Positions 29,573 to 40,353 of a DNA stretch of 64,000 bases are shown here, in pieces. The stretch is taken from positions 2,304,001 to 2,368,000 of the forward strand of contig OY821645.1 of assembly GCA_963682135.1 (NCBI GenBank), read 5' to 3'. The translations under genes and the position numbers were made by a program. Each line of letters begins with the position of its first letter. Position 1 is the stretch's first letter. The stretch is from Methanothrix sp. (lineage in GTDB: Archaea; Halobacteriota; Methanosarcinia; Methanotrichales; Methanotrichaceae). Below the pieces are notes generated by a model, which saw nothing but the letters and a program-made list of their open reading frames with translations, had not been told where the DNA came from and did no database searches.

Positions 29573-30732
29573 CTCGTAAATATGTGGACCAGGGCAGTTC
29601 CACCTGATCCGCCCACATTATGGGCCAGGCCTACCTCAGCCTCATCCACCTGACGCTTGCCGGCCTTTCCGCGAAGCTGCAGGACGATCTCGTAAGCCTG
29701 CTTTATTCCTGTGGCTCCTACTGGATGGCCGCAAGCCTTCAGCCCTCCGGAGGTGTTGATGGGTAGACTGCTGCCCAAAGCCGTCATCCCTTCCTCCGTG
29801 GCTTTGCCGCCCTGGCCCTTTTCCACGAATCCCAGGTCCTCTATGGCCAATATCTCCGCGATAGTGAAGCAGTCATGCACCTCGGCCACATCAACTGCTC
29901 GAGGCTGGATCCCGGCCTGGGCAAAAGCGGCCCGTCCGGCATGAACGGTGGCATCCAGAGTGGTCAGATCGCGACGATCGTGCAGGGCCAGAGTATCGCT
30001 GGCTTGGGCGCTGCCCACGATCTTAATGGGATCTTGTGAAAACCTTCTCGCATTCTCCGTGGGAGCAAGCACCAATGCCGCCGCACCATCGGAGATGGGA
30101 GAGCAGTCCAGGACATGAAGAGGGTCCGCAACCATGGGAGACTTGAACACATCGTCAGTCGTTATCTCCATATGATACTGCGCTATGGGATTCATGCAGG
30201 CATGATGGTGATTTTTTACAGCCACCTGGGCCATCTGGTCATTTGTTGTGCCGTAGCGACGCATATGCAGCTTGGCAATCATGGCATAAAGTGCAGGGAA
30301 GGTGGCCCCAAAGAAGCATTCCCATTCCCGGTCAGCGGCTGAAGCCAGCGCGTCGGCTGCCGTGCCCGTGGAGACATCGGTCATCTTCTCCACACCCGCT
30401 GCGATGACAATATCGCTATATCCGCTGGCAACCGCCAGCACCGCCTGGCGCAGCGCCAGGCCTCCGGAGGCACAGGCCGCTTCCACGCGCGTGGAGGGCA
30501 CATGCAGGCGTGAGAGGCCGGCACAGTCGGCGATGAGCGCCCCGATGTGCTCCTGCTCGATAAAACGCCCGCCGCTCATGTTGCCCACATAGAGAGCGTC
30601 AATCTGCTCGCCGGTGATCTCGGCATCCTCAATGGCCATCACACCGGCCTCAGCGATCATGTCGCGCAAAGAGACATCCCATCGCTCTCCGAACTTGGTG
30701 CAGCCTACACCAATTATGGATACGGATCTCAT
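29569..30732 (-). CDS. Acetoacetyl-CoA thiolase (archaeal)
   Basis: [32 protein letters not shown]. Confidence 0.95.
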   Translation of the reverse strand: MRSVSIIGVGCTKFGERWDVSLRDMIAEAGVMAIEDAEITGEQIDALYVGNMSGGRFIEQEHIGALIADCAGLSRLHVPSTRVEAACASGGLALRQAVLAVASGYSDIVIAAGVEKMTDVSTGTAADALASAADREWECFFGATFPALYAMIAKLHMRRYGTTNDQMAQVAVKNHHHACMNPIAQYHMEITTDDVFKSPMVADPLHVLDCSPISDGAAALVLAPTENARRFSQDPIKIVGSAQASDTLALHDRRDLTTLDATVHAGRAAFAQAGIQPRAVDVAEVHDCFTIAEILAIEDLGFVEKGQGGKATEEGMTALGSSLPINTSGGLKACGHPVGATGIKQAYEIVLQLRGKAGKRQVDEAEVGLAHNVGGSGGTALVHIFTR

Positions 30733-31766
30733 ATTCTCAGCTTGCCCTTATGCTTGGCATACATGGCATAATCAAGATATTCAGCCTCGCCGATGTAGTC
30801 ACGAACGCTCAAAGCGCCGCAGCGGATATCATCGATCTTGTCGTTCACAATTATGCTGAAGGCATCGCTTCCCGCACCCGAGCCGAAGCTGGTCACAAAG
30901 ATGCGCTCACCGGGCTGGGCGATATCCAAAGTCGCAGCAAGGCCAATGAGGCAGGACGCCGAGTACGTGTTTCCAATGAGGGGCACAATCAAACCAGGCT
31001 CGATCTGCTTTTTGGAAAACCCGAGCATCTTGGCCACACGCACGGGAAACTTGCCATTGGGCTGGTGGAAGACGGCATAATCATAGTCCTCGGGCGCGAT
31101 ATTCATACGTTCCAGAAGGCCGCGCGCGGCGCCCGCCACATGCTTGAAGTAGGCCGGCTCACCCGTGAATCTTCCACCGTGTTCAGGATAAGGCATGCCC
31201 TCCCGCCTCCAGAAATCCGGTGTATCTGAGGTGAAAGAATAGGTGCCTTCGATCTCGGCGGCCACGTCCCGACTGCCGATTAGATACGCGGCTCCGCCGG
31301 CTGCTGCTGTGTATTCCAGCATATCTCCCGGAGCGCCCTGGCTCACATCTGCGCCGATGGCCAGGCCCAGATCGATTAGATTGGATCTGACAAGGCCCAA
31401 GGCAGCCTGCAAGGCAGCAGTGCCTGCTTTGCAGGCAAACTCGAAATCGGCAGCCGTAAAAGAGGATGAGGTGCATACCGCCTGGCCCACGATGGTAGCG
31501 GTGGGCTTCACGGCATAAGGATGGCTCTCCGAGCCGGCATAAATGGCACCAATCCTTTTCGGATCGATCTTCGCGCGCTGCAAGGCATTTCTTGCCGCCT
31601 CCACAGCGATTGTCACGGTATCCTCATCCAGATCGGGCACGGATTTCTCAAAGACGCGAAGGCCCTCCGTGATCTCTTCTCCGTCCCCCCAAACCCGGGC
31701 GATCTCGTCCAACCTTATGCGAAATCGCGGGATATAGACCCCATAACTTACAATACCTGAGACCAA
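30729..31766 (-). CDS. Hydroxymethylglutaryl-CoA synthase
   Basis: [40 protein letters not shown]. Confidence 0.95.
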   Translation of the reverse strand: MVSGIVSYGVYIPRFRIRLDEIARVWGDGEEITEGLRVFEKSVPDLDEDTVTIAVEAARNALQRAKIDPKRIGAIYAGSESHPYAVKPTATIVGQAVCTSSSFTAADFEFACKAGTAALQAALGLVRSNLIDLGLAIGADVSQGAPGDMLEYTAAAGGAAYLIGSRDVAAEIEGTYSFTSDTPDFWRREGMPYPEHGGRFTGEPAYFKHVAGAARGLLERMNIAPEDYDYAVFHQPNGKFPVRVAKMLGFSKKQIEPGLIVPLIGNTYSASCLIGLAATLDIAQPGERIFVTSFGSGAGSDAFSIIVNDKIDDIRCGALSVRDYIGEAEYLDYAMYAKHKGKLRI

Positions 31767-31772
31767 CAGATT

Positions 31773-32492
31773 TCACCCTTTGCTCAATGCGATGGTGAGT
31801 TCGTCAACGGAAAAATGTGTCGTTAGAAGAGGAATGTTCTCGACCTGTGCTATTTTGATGGCAATAGGATCGACATCGGAAGGCATTATCCCCTGCAAGA
31901 CTACCGCGCCGGGCTTGAGGTTGCTGACCCGCACGGCCACCATAGGCGATTTGCCCGAGTGAGCGCCCGTGAATATCAGGGCGCGAGCAGTGCTGCGTCC
32001 GTAGATCTTCTGGAACTGGTCGGGAAGCATCTCAATAATGGCCTTCATGCTATCTATTACCGTGTAGCCCCATATGGTGATATCCGTGCGGCCGAAGATG
32101 ACCTGTGCATTCAGTCTTTCGACAATGGTCGCGAGGTGGATGGGGTCCTGGTATTCGCAGACGCTGCAGATGGAGTCCAGGCCTAAAATGTCGCCCCACA
32201 TGTTCTCGTAAGCACGCAGTACATTACAGCCGCGGCTTTCGTCTATGCGCAGTAGAGCATCGATGATCTTGCTCACGATCATTATGCCGGGGGACTTTCT
32301 CCTGCCACTCTCATAATCGGAGATGACAGAAGGAGACATGCCCATATGATTGGATAGGTCGGTCTGGGTTATGGCGAAGTTCCTGCGCCATTTCCTCAGG
32401 GTATCACCAGGGCTCTGGGAAAGGGTGATCTCTCCAGCGATCTTCTCAGCCAGTAATCCTCGTGCGTTGGAGATCTCCCCACCGGAATTCAT
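31773..32492 (-). CDS. XRE-type HTH transcriptional regulator (COG1709-like); start moved from 32660, which overlaps the tRNA
   Basis: IAGEITLS..PG.TLRKWR, SPSVISDYESGRRKSPG, GKSPMVAVRV. Confidence 0.88.
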   Translation of the reverse strand: MNSGGEISNARGLLAEKIAGEITLSQSPGDTLRKWRRNFAITQTDLSNHMGMSPSVISDYESGRRKSPGIMIVSKIIDALLRIDESRGCNVLRAYENMWGDILGLDSICSVCEYQDPIHLATIVERLNAQVIFGRTDITIWGYTVIDSMKAIIEMLPDQFQKIYGRSTARALIFTGAHSGKSPMVAVRVSNLKPGAVVLQGIMPSDVDPIAIKIAQVENIPLLTTHFSVDELTIALSKG

Positions 32493-32588
32493 AAAACAAC
32501 AACTGGTTAAACTAGGATATAAATCTAGCGAAAATAATTCGGCATTTAACGTATGAATTGCATCAATAAAATATATTCGAAAAAGAAG

Positions 32589-32685
32589 TGCGTCGACCGG
32601 GATTCGAACCCGGGTTGTAGGCTTGCTTCGCAGATATTGAGATCTGCCTGGAAGGCCCAAGTCATAACCACTAGACCATCGACGC
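32589..32685 (-). tRNA. tRNA-Gly(TCC) with a 25-nt intron (32624-32648) at position 37/38
   Basis: GCGTCGA/TCGACGC acceptor; anticodon arm TGGGC-CTTCCA^A-GCCTA; T arm CCGGG-TTCGAAT-CCCGG; canonical bulge-helix-bulge. Confidence 0.95.
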
Positions 32686-32795
32686 CCGCGTCCTTAGGTG
32701 GCAGAGGTTGAACTTAACTGTTTCGATCCGAAATCTAATCCATCAGATACTTTGATATATGGGTGTGAACGCGAAAACCGATTTAGGAAATAACA

Positions 32796-33332
32796 ATGAA
32801 TGCCCTGATTGTTGCCTTCTGGCTGATGCTGCCCGCCTATATACCTAATAATTGCGCCGCTCTCTTCGGCGGAGGCAGGCCGCTGGACGGAGGCCGGATC
32901 TTCTCGGACGGACGGCGCACACTGGGCGACGGCAAGACTTTTAGAGGGACCTTGGCAGGAACGATTTGCGGCATTCTGGTGGGACTGATGCAAAATGCGG
33001 TTGCGCCCTTCGTAGGATTGCCATCCTTTGGCAGCGGCCATGAAGTTCTGCCCGTTCTCCTGAGCCTCTCCCTGGGTGCCATGCTAGGTGATATAGTAGC
33101 CGCGTTCTTCAAGCGTCGCATGGGCCTTAATCGCGGTGCTCCTCTTTTTATCATAGACCAGCTGGATTTTGTCGTCGGTTCCTGGCTATTGACCCTGTTA
33201 GTAGCACCAGACTGGTTTACACAGCATTTCACATCCACAATAATATTAATCGTGCTCATAATAACACCCATACTGCACCGGGTAAGCAACATAATAGGCT
33301 ACAAAATGGGCGCGAAGCGGGAACCCTGGTGA
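32796..33332 (+). CDS. carS: CDP-archaeol synthase
   Basis: [15 protein letters not shown]...[10 protein letters not shown]...FFKRR, DQLDFV, KREPW. Confidence 0.93.
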   Translation: MNALIVAFWLMLPAYIPNNCAALFGGGRPLDGGRIFSDGRRTLGDGKTFRGTLAGTICGILVGLMQNAVAPFVGLPSFGSGHEVLPVLLSLSLGAMLGDIVAAFFKRRMGLNRGAPLFIIDQLDFVVGSWLLTLLVAPDWFTQHFTSTIILIVLIITPILHRVSNIIGYKMGAKREPW

Positions 33333-33562
33333 TCTTTTAATTGCTTTTTTTGCAGGGAATTTCCTGCTTACTTTTCCAGCAGGACCCTGTCGTCCATTCG
33401 CTTCACCGTTGCAAAATAGCGAGGGGCAGCGAGATGCAGAAAAATTTCCCTGTCGGCTATCGCGAAAGGTTTATAAGTTTAGGTAATTGATACCGAGAGC
33501 GTCATAGCCAATTCTATCGTTAAACAGCATGAAATTGGTGAAATGAAAAGGAGGAGGAATAA

Positions 33563-34468
33563 ATGGACGCATTTGGCATGGGACTCGTAGCTGCTATGGG
33601 TGCCCTTGCGACAGTTGCGGGCGCTTCTGAGGATATTGACTCGGATATAGGTTCTCAAAGCAACCCCAACTCGCAAGTTCAACTGGCTGCCCAGGTCGGA
33701 AATCCCCACCGGATTTACAATAAGGCCATTGCAGGCGAGCCGCCATCGAACGCTCTGTGGTGCACAACCGCAGCCATCATGGCTTATGTGCTCATCGAAG
33801 GCTATCATATGCCCTTGCTCTTTGCAGCAGCCGCTGGCGCATCATTGGCCGCTCTATTCGACGGTGTTATGTCCGTGAGCGCCTACCTAGGTAGGAACGC
33901 CAGCCAGGCAAGATTCAATCAGTGGATCTACCTGGATATCATAAGGTATACTACGCCTTCCATCATGGCACATGTATGGATTACATCTTTCTGTATAGTA
34001 TTGATTTCTATAATACAAGTATATGTTTTAACGCCTCATCATCCCTTCCCGATTCCCGTCATCGCCCTGGTTTGGGGACTGACCGTCGGTGCTATTGGAT
34101 CTTCCGTGGGTGATATTCACTACGGTGGTGAGCGTGAGTTCCAGTGGAGGCTGTTCGGACAGGGCCTGAACACCATGCTTTCCGGACAGATCGTGAGGAA
34201 GGCTGAAGCTGGTCTAAGAAACTCAATAGACAACGCCTGGTTCTGCGCCAAGTTCGGCGGACCGTGCACTGGAATGGGCTTCGGCCTGACTGTTTTCCTG
34301 GACAACTGGAGAACAACTGTCTTCGATCCCCTCACCCAGGCCACCGCAGCCATTGCCATGGGCGTTTTCTTTGTGATTGTAATGAACCTGTACAACTTCT
34401 ACTGTGAGCTTTCCGCTCGGAGAAAGTACGGGCCTTATCCAGGATACAAGGGGGACATAGCTGCATGA
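33563..34468 (+). CDS. mtrE: H4MPT S-methyltransferase subunit E
   Basis: EDIDSDIGSQSNPNSQVQLA, GDIHYGGERE, WFCAKFGGP. Confidence 0.97.
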   Translation: MDAFGMGLVAAMGALATVAGASEDIDSDIGSQSNPNSQVQLAAQVGNPHRIYNKAIAGEPPSNALWCTTAAIMAYVLIEGYHMPLLFAAAAGASLAALFDGVMSVSAYLGRNASQARFNQWIYLDIIRYTTPSIMAHVWITSFCIVLISIIQVYVLTPHHPFPIPVIALVWGLTVGAIGSSVGDIHYGGEREFQWRLFGQGLNTMLSGQIVRKAEAGLRNSIDNAWFCAKFGGPCTGMGFGLTVFLDNWRTTVFDPLTQATAAIAMGVFFVIVMNLYNFYCELSARRKYGPYPGYKGDIAA

Positions 34469-35193
34469 ACTTCGATGCTAATACTATCATATATCTTCTG
34501 GAGATCATCGTCGGAGGGCTTCTGGTGGGCATTGGAGTTCACTTTGTGCCCGTGGGCGGAGCGCCCGCAGCCATGGCCCAGGCTACTGGTATCGGAACAG
34601 GTACCGTGCAACTGGCAGCAGGTTCCGGCCTTACCGGTCTCTTGTCTGCCGGCCTGATGATGTACGCCATGAGCCTGAGCCCGACCTTTGCCCAAGACGG
34701 CTACAGCATCTGGCCGATTCTTCTCACCGGAGCCGTGGGCGCCATGATCATGATGGATGCCACAATGCTAACTGGTAGCTGGATCTACGCTTACGCCGTA
34801 GGTGCGCCTTTCGCATCAGCCAAGGTCAACTACGATCCCATCACCAAGTTCTCCCAGCCGCCTTATGTCGCTCCCGGCACAGTCGGGCAGGGCATTCCCA
34901 CGGTTTGTTTCGTCTCAGGGACCATTGGTGCGGCCATGGGTGGCATAGGCGGTGCTATGATCTACTTCCCGCTCGTGCTCATCAACGGCAATCCTGCCAT
35001 GAGCGCCATCTTCGCTATCGGCATATTCATGGTGGATGCAGTTCTGGCTTCCTGGAACATCCAGGGAACCATCGAGGGCTTCCATGACCCCAAGTTCAAG
35101 AAGTGGCCCAAGGCATTCAAAGCCTGTCTTGTTTCCACAGCTATCCTGGCATTAGTGGCGGTTCTGATTACTCCCCTGGTTGGAGGTGTCTAA
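34465..35193 (+). CDS. mtrD: H4MPT S-methyltransferase subunit D
   Basis: HFVPVGGAPAAMAQATG, GTIEGFHDPKFK. Confidence 0.97.
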   Translation: MNFDANTIIYLLEIIVGGLLVGIGVHFVPVGGAPAAMAQATGIGTGTVQLAAGSGLTGLLSAGLMMYAMSLSPTFAQDGYSIWPILLTGAVGAMIMMDATMLTGSWIYAYAVGAPFASAKVNYDPITKFSQPPYVAPGTVGQGIPTVCFVSGTIGAAMGGIGGAMIYFPLVLINGNPAMSAIFAIGIFMVDAVLASWNIQGTIEGFHDPKFKKWPKAFKACLVSTAILALVAVLITPLVGGV

Positions 35194-35194
35194 G

Positions 35195-36010
35195 ATGGCA
35201 GCAACCGTTAAGGGGTTTAAATTCGAGCCAAAACAGCTCAGGATTTACGGCTTGGTCGGATCCGTTGTAGGGATTTACCTGGCTTACATACTAAACAGCA
35301 TCACCGGAACCAACATATTCTCCTTCGTGGGAGCCTTGGCCGCACTCTTCGGTGTGGTTATGGGAGCCAATGCAGTTCGAAGGGTATGCGCTTATGGTAT
35401 CGGTACAGGAGTTCCATCCATTGGAATGCTCTCTTTGGGAATGGGAGTAGTCGCCGTTTTGTTCGGCCTGAGCATTGCCGAGCAGTTGGGGATAGGAATG
35501 CTGGGCGTTATCATTGCCCTCGTCTACTCGCTGATATTCGGATATGTAGTAGGGCTTATCGCCAATAGGGTTATGGGCTTCAACATCCCCGTCATGGAGG
35601 AAGGCTTGACTGACCTCTCCGGCGCAGGAACCCTGGCTATATTGGGCTGGTCCTTTGCCATATCCGGATCTCTGGGCTATGCCGATATTGTCCACAGCGT
35701 CATCAACACCGGCTTCCTGGCGATTATCTTCATCTGCGGCGGTCTGGCCATATTGCATCCCTTCAACGCCAATCTGGGCCCGGATGAAAAACAGGATAGA
35801 ACCCTGGTTAACGGCGTAATGGTCGGTGGCATGTCAACCATAGCCACAGGCATATGCGCTCTGATGACACTCGGCCTTGCCGCCGGCATGGTGCAGATCG
35901 TAGTGGGCTTTGCTGTCTGGTATTACTTCTTTGTATGGTACTTCAGGCTGGCAAAGAGAGATGCCTCAGCAGTGGTCGGAACTGGACTTCTGCCGCCAAC
36001 GGTGCAGTAA
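35195..36010 (+). CDS. mtrC: H4MPT S-methyltransferase subunit C
   Basis: YGIGTGVPSIG, LHPFNANLGPDEKQDRTL; SD GGAGGTG before ATG 35195. Confidence 0.96.
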   Translation: MAATVKGFKFEPKQLRIYGLVGSVVGIYLAYILNSITGTNIFSFVGALAALFGVVMGANAVRRVCAYGIGTGVPSIGMLSLGMGVVAVLFGLSIAEQLGIGMLGVIIALVYSLIFGYVVGLIANRVMGFNIPVMEEGLTDLSGAGTLAILGWSFAISGSLGYADIVHSVINTGFLAIIFICGGLAILHPFNANLGPDEKQDRTLVNGVMVGGMSTIATGICALMTLGLAAGMVQIVVGFAVWYYFFVWYFRLAKRDASAVVGTGLLPPTVQ

Positions 36011-36023
36011 GGAGGTCTAGGAA

Positions 36024-36383
36024 ATGGGAATTGTTAGAATATCATCGGAACTGGGCCTGTCATTCGATCCACTTAAGGGAATGGTCGCAGAGGAGAGAGA
36101 CGACGTTATTCAGTACGCGCTCGATCCCATCATCCCCATGGTGGAGAGACTGGACCATATTGCAGATGACCTTGTGAACCAGTTGGGGCCGGACAGTGAA
36201 CTTATGGAGTCCTATGCCAACAGAGGCAAGGCGTCCTACATTGGCGGCCTGTACACCAATATCTGGATGGGCTTTATCATCGGCCTGGTAGTGGCCTTTG
36301 TCATCCTCATCAGCACGCTCTTCGCCAGCGAGGATGGACTGAATATTATAAAGGCAGCACTCATGCCGGCAGGAGGTGCCTGA
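36024..36383 (+). CDS. mtrB: H4MPT S-methyltransferase subunit B
   Basis: Operon position; DP..G..AEEREDV-like N-terminus; C-terminal TM helix. Confidence 0.93.
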   Translation: MGIVRISSELGLSFDPLKGMVAEERDDVIQYALDPIIPMVERLDHIADDLVNQLGPDSELMESYANRGKASYIGGLYTNIWMGFIIGLVVAFVILISTLFASEDGLNIIKAALMPAGGA

Positions 36384-36384
36384 A

Positions 36385-37116
36385 ATGGCCTCAAAAAAGA
36401 AGCCATCTGAGCCTTGGCCGCTCATCACCGGAGAGTATGAGGCAGGAAATCCGGAAAGCCCGGTGGCTGTCTGTACCTGCGGATCTCACCTTAAGGGATC
36501 AGAGCTGATGGCTGCCGGCGCCGGTCTGGTTGGACCGTGCAAGACAGAGAACATCGGCATTGAGAAGATGGTGGCAAACCTGGTCTCCAATCCCAACATC
36601 AGATACTTAATTGTCACGGGAATGGAGGTCAAGGGGCACATCACAGGTCAGGCCGTGGAAGCCTTCCTAAAAGACGGTATAGATAAGGAAGGAAGGATTG
36701 TCGGTGCCAAGGGAGCCATTCCCTTCATCCAGAACCTGAACGACGAGTCCATCGAGAGGGTAAAGCAGCAGGTTCAGCCCATCATGATGATGGACACTGA
36801 AGACATGGGCACCATCAAGGCCAAGATTGCGGAGCTGGTCTCCAAGGATCCGGGTGCCTTAGATGTCGAGCCCATGAGAATCGAGATCAAAGAGGGCGGG
36901 GAAGAAGAGGTAGAGACCGGCCCCAGACCCATGGCCGCAGAGGCTGTGGATATTCTGGGGAGAATGAGGTTGATGGATGCCGCTGTCACCAATAATGGTC
37001 TCCTCAACAAGTTCCAGGCAGGCATCTATGCAGGCAAGATCGAAGGCGTAGCCCTGGGCATGACGGTAGTCCTGATCTTCTTCGGCATAATCCTCAAGAT
37101 GGTAGGAGGGCAGTAA
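36385..37116 (+). CDS. mtrA: H4MPT S-methyltransferase subunit A (corrinoid)
   Basis: GPCKTENIGIEK, NPNIR, EVKGHITGQ, GAKGAIPF. Confidence 0.97.
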   Translation: MASKKKPSEPWPLITGEYEAGNPESPVAVCTCGSHLKGSELMAAGAGLVGPCKTENIGIEKMVANLVSNPNIRYLIVTGMEVKGHITGQAVEAFLKDGIDKEGRIVGAKGAIPFIQNLNDESIERVKQQVQPIMMMDTEDMGTIKAKIAELVSKDPGALDVEPMRIEIKEGGEEEVETGPRPMAAEAVDILGRMRLMDAAVTNNGLLNKFQAGIYAGKIEGVALGMTVVLIFFGIILKMVGGQ

Positions 37117-37117
37117 G

Positions 37118-37354
37118 ATGGCTGAAGAACAAGAGGTAATCTACGGCCAGGGCATCCCCAAGGTCGTTGATCCTAGAGCACAGCATTTCCAGGACATTGT
37201 GGATGACATCAAGTACAAGGCCCAGCTCTTGGCCAGGGAGACGAAGCTCTCCTCAGGAGTATTGGCCACCGTTTCCATGGGATTCGGCATTGGTTTCATC
37301 CTGGCTGTATTACTGATGCTCGGGCCGTTCTTTGTATTCCAAGGGGGGCTATGA
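37118..37354 (+). CDS. mtrF: H4MPT S-methyltransferase subunit F
   Basis: VDDIKYKAQLLARETKLSSG plus TM helix. Confidence 0.93.
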   Translation: MAEEQEVIYGQGIPKVVDPRAQHFQDIVDDIKYKAQLLARETKLSSGVLATVSMGFGIGFILAVLLMLGPFFVFQGGL

Positions 37355-37357
37355 GCC

Positions 37358-37603
37358 ATGGCAAATGATGGAAGAGAAGCGGTTCCAGTAGCCGTGGTTG
37401 ATCGAGATCAGTTCAATGAGATCATGGCAAGGCTGGATAGGATCGATGAGAAGATTGAGTTCTACTCAGGCGAGAAGTTCCTGCGTGCCGGCAAGTCTGT
37501 CGGTAGGGATCTTGGTACAGCCTATGGAGTTTGCGCTGGATTGATCATAATATTGGCGTATATACTGTTTGTATATGCCGGCCACTGGACGAGGGTGATT
37601 TAA
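37358..37603 (+). CDS. mtrG: H4MPT S-methyltransferase subunit G
   Basis: RLDRIDEKIEF, GK.VGRDLG..YG. Confidence 0.94.
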   Translation: MANDGREAVPVAVVDRDQFNEIMARLDRIDEKIEFYSGEKFLRAGKSVGRDLGTAYGVCAGLIIILAYILFVYAGHWTRVI

Positions 37604-38539
37604 GTGTTCAAGTTTGATAGGAAGCAAGAGGTCTTCGAGTTCGGCAAGTTCAAGGTTGGGGGCCAGCCTGGAGAGTACCCCACATGTTGCATCGGCACCA
37701 TGTTCTACGCCAGGCACAAGATTGTCTCCGATCCGGAGCACGGAGTCTTTGATGCGGCTGCCGCAGAGAGGCTCTGGAACGCACAGGTTGAGATGAGCGA
37801 CGTCACTGGCAACTCCTGTATGAACCAGATCGTTGCTGAGAGTGATGAGGCCATGAAGAAAGAGATCGACTGGTTTGTGGGCATATCCGATTACCCGTTC
37901 CTCATCGACTCCTCTGCACCATCGGTGCGCGCCTTCGGCGTCAAGTACGCCACTGAGATCGGCGTAGCCGACAAGGCCATTCATAACTCCATCAACGCCT
38001 CAATAACTCCTGAGGAGCTGCAGGCAGTCAAGGAAAGCGACCTAAATGCCGCTATCGTACTGGCCTTTAACGCCATGGAGAAGGGAACCCTTGGAAAGAT
38101 GAACATACTGACCAAGGCTGCCGGTGGCGCCAAGAAGGGCATGCTGGAGTACGCCAAGGAATGCGGTATCACCAGGCCGCTCATCGACGTGGCCGCGATG
38201 CCGCTGGGTGCCGGCTCTGGGGCTACTTATCGTGCAGTTATTGCCGTCAAGGCTCAGCTCGGCCTGCCGGTAGGCGCAGGATTCCATAACGGTGCTTCGG
38301 CATGGGACTGGATGAAAAAGTGGAAGAAACAGCACAAGGAGGCTTTTGCACCTGTTGATATCGGCTCCAACCTGGTAGCCGGAATCATAGGCGCGGACTA
38401 CTACCTCTACGGGCCAATAGAGAACGCTCCCATGGTCTTCCCAGCCGCCGCGATGGTGGATATCATGAAAGCTGAATCCGCCGAGGAGTTGGGACTGAAA
38501 GTTCTGGCTGAAAAGCATCCTAAGAATACGACTCTGTAA
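37604..38539 (+). CDS. mtrH: H4MPT S-methyltransferase subunit H
   Basis: MFKFDRKQEV..GGQPGEYPT, PFLIDSS, LYGPIENA. Confidence 0.97.
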   Translation: MFKFDRKQEVFEFGKFKVGGQPGEYPTCCIGTMFYARHKIVSDPEHGVFDAAAAERLWNAQVEMSDVTGNSCMNQIVAESDEAMKKEIDWFVGISDYPFLIDSSAPSVRAFGVKYATEIGVADKAIHNSINASITPEELQAVKESDLNAAIVLAFNAMEKGTLGKMNILTKAAGGAKKGMLEYAKECGITRPLIDVAAMPLGAGSGATYRAVIAVKAQLGLPVGAGFHNGASAWDWMKKWKKQHKEAFAPVDIGSNLVAGIIGADYYLYGPIENAPMVFPAAAMVDIMKAESAEELGLKVLAEKHPKNTTL

Positions 38540-38575
38540 GTCGTCTTCTTTTTTTCTATTTTTCGAGGATTTTCA

Positions 38576-39214
38576 TTGCCGCGCGTTACCATTAGGACGG
38601 CTTTTCATAATATCAGATTCAAATGCCAGAGATGCGGCACCTGCTGCCATCATAAGAGGCCCGGGGAGTTCGGAGATTTAGTTCCTCTGGAAAGGCTAAA
38701 GGAGTTCTGGGAGAAGTCGAATCTGATCTATTTGACAGGCGAGGATATCGAAAATATCAATCGCGAAACAGGCCTTGATCCGTCTGATTTTGTTGATACG
38801 CTTTACAATTATGACGGAAAATTCGTTCGCGTTGACGACTCGGGAAAGAAAATAATCCTCGATTTTCCGGTCATGAAGAGCAAGGATGATACAACCTGCG
38901 TATTTTATGACAATGGCTGCACAATTTACTCCATTCGTCCCGCAGCCTGCCGCCTCTTTCCCTTTAGAGTAGAAGAGGAAACCACAACACAAGGCGACAT
39001 AGTATTAAACATATCGTGCAATGAGAGCTGCTCAGGAGTGGGAAAAGGCAAAATAGTCGACAAAAAACCGCTGGAAAAGCTGGTATCTGATCAGTTTCGA
39101 GAGAGAAGCGAATCCATCGCGACTGAGGTACGGGTTCTGGCGCAGGAAGGCAAGATTTCGAAGGATGCCGTGATATATCGTAGCCACCCAGGCAGAAAAT
39201 TGCCGCCCGAATAA
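38576..39214 (+). CDS. YkgJ/UPF0153 cysteine-cluster protein
   Basis: CQRCGTCC, CVFYDNGCTIYSIRPAACRLFPF. Confidence 0.88.
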   Translation: MPRVTIRTAFHNIRFKCQRCGTCCHHKRPGEFGDLVPLERLKEFWEKSNLIYLTGEDIENINRETGLDPSDFVDTLYNYDGKFVRVDDSGKKIILDFPVMKSKDDTTCVFYDNGCTIYSIRPAACRLFPFRVEEETTTQGDIVLNISCNESCSGVGKGKIVDKKPLEKLVSDQFRERSESIATEVRVLAQEGKISKDAVIYRSHPGRKLPPE

Positions 39215-39331
39215 ATCGGATTAAAAAGAGCCATCTTGCGCCATTGGCTTTAGGAAAGTTTTTCTCCTAAAGAGATCTATAGGGAACGCGGCGTTGGTTA
39301 TCCCAGCGCCATGATTTGGGAGGTAAGATTC

Positions 39332-39502
39332 ATGACAGTTGTAAAGAGCGATGCTATGTTGCAGCACGAAAAGACGATCGACGCGGTAGTTGCTCACAGG
39401 CCGAAGCGCAGCAACGATCAAGTGATGCATATCGAGTGGAGAAATTTCTTGCTGGTAGCGGCTGCAATTATGGTAGTGGTCATAGCTGCCACTTCCATGT
39501 AA
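39332..39502 (+). CDS. Small tail-anchored membrane protein (paralog A)
   Basis: SD GGGAGGT; MTVVKSDAMLQHEK...RPK...C-terminal TM helix. Confidence 0.6.
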   Translation: MTVVKSDAMLQHEKTIDAVVAHRPKRSNDQVMHIEWRNFLLVAAAIMVVVIAATSM

Positions 39503-39519
39503 AGAGGCTTATTGGCCGG

Positions 39520-40353
39520 TCATCCGGCTTTATTTATTTTTTTTAGATATTCGCAAAGAGACTCATTGAGAAAACCGGCAACACCTTCCGGATAATTGGC
39601 CTCCAAACAATCCAATTCCGCCATCTTTCTCGGATCAATGGGGTAGGGCTTGAGATATCTCTTGAAGCGTTTTTGGTCTTCCTTCAAATTCGAATTTGCA
39701 TTGACCAATGGTAGCTTCAGATGGAGAACCTGTTCCGGTTTAAGACCGATGCATTCCAATCTAATGTCCGGGCTGCCCGTCGATGGCTTGGCCTGAACTA
39801 TCTTCGTACCCAAGTCTCTGCAAAAGAATGCGCCGAAGGGGCTCAGGTCAGACAGACTGAGGATGATAGTCGGTTGGCGGCAGCGCTCGTAAAGGGCAGA
39901 AATGGCATCCTCTGATGCTTTACCATTGACTGAGACCAAAGTCACGCCGAATTTTTGGCAGATAGGATAAAGCAGCGGATTCAAGGCGGATTTTGCGACC
40001 CAAACCTCCAGTGAATAGGGACGACCCAAATCGCTCTCCGGCAGGAATACTTGCTCACCAATCGTTTCCTCCAATATTGCGTCGGCAGGAATGAATCCCA
40101 GACTTCTCGCTTTGCTCATCCACTTGGGAAGCTTCTCACCATCATTCTCATGGTAAGGTCTCGTGATCCTGATTTCACCTACGAACCCTCCGCAGATAGG
40201 ATAATCGGAGTCCTTCATCTGTAAAGCGTAGTAGAATAATCCTCGCAGTGTGGTTCTTGATCGGCCTGTGTTTTTTACAAAATCCTTATATGTTCTTGCA
40301 ATCCATCTGGATTTTGTTCTATCCGTTTCTGTGAATACAAATGCTTCGGTCAT
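39520..40353 (-). CDS. Winged-helix plus degenerate Toprim-like protein
   Basis: TTLRGLFYY; LEVWVAKSAL; ILSLSDLSPFG; IGLKPEQV..LKLP; AELDCL. Confidence 0.6.
   Translation of the reverse strand: MTEAFVFTETDRTKSRWIARTYKDFVKNTGRSRTTLRGLFYYALQMKDSDYPICGGFVGEIRITRPYHENDGEKLPKWMSKARSLGFIPADAILEETIGEQVFLPESDLGRPYSLEVWVAKSALNPLLYPICQKFGVTLVSVNGKASEDAISALYERCRQPTIILSLSDLSPFGAFFCRDLGTKIVQAKPSTGSPDIRLECIGLKPEQVLHLKLPLVNANSNLKEDQKRFKRYLKPYPIDPRKMAELDCLEANYPEGVAGFLNESLCEYLKKINKAG

Noticed and set aside
32493-32660. N-terminal extension of the HTH regulator
   Set aside because: Overlaps tRNA-Gly and an AT-rich promoter
33563-38539. mtr operon as a novel system
   Set aside because: Canonical mtrEDCBAFGH order with no fusions or extra genes
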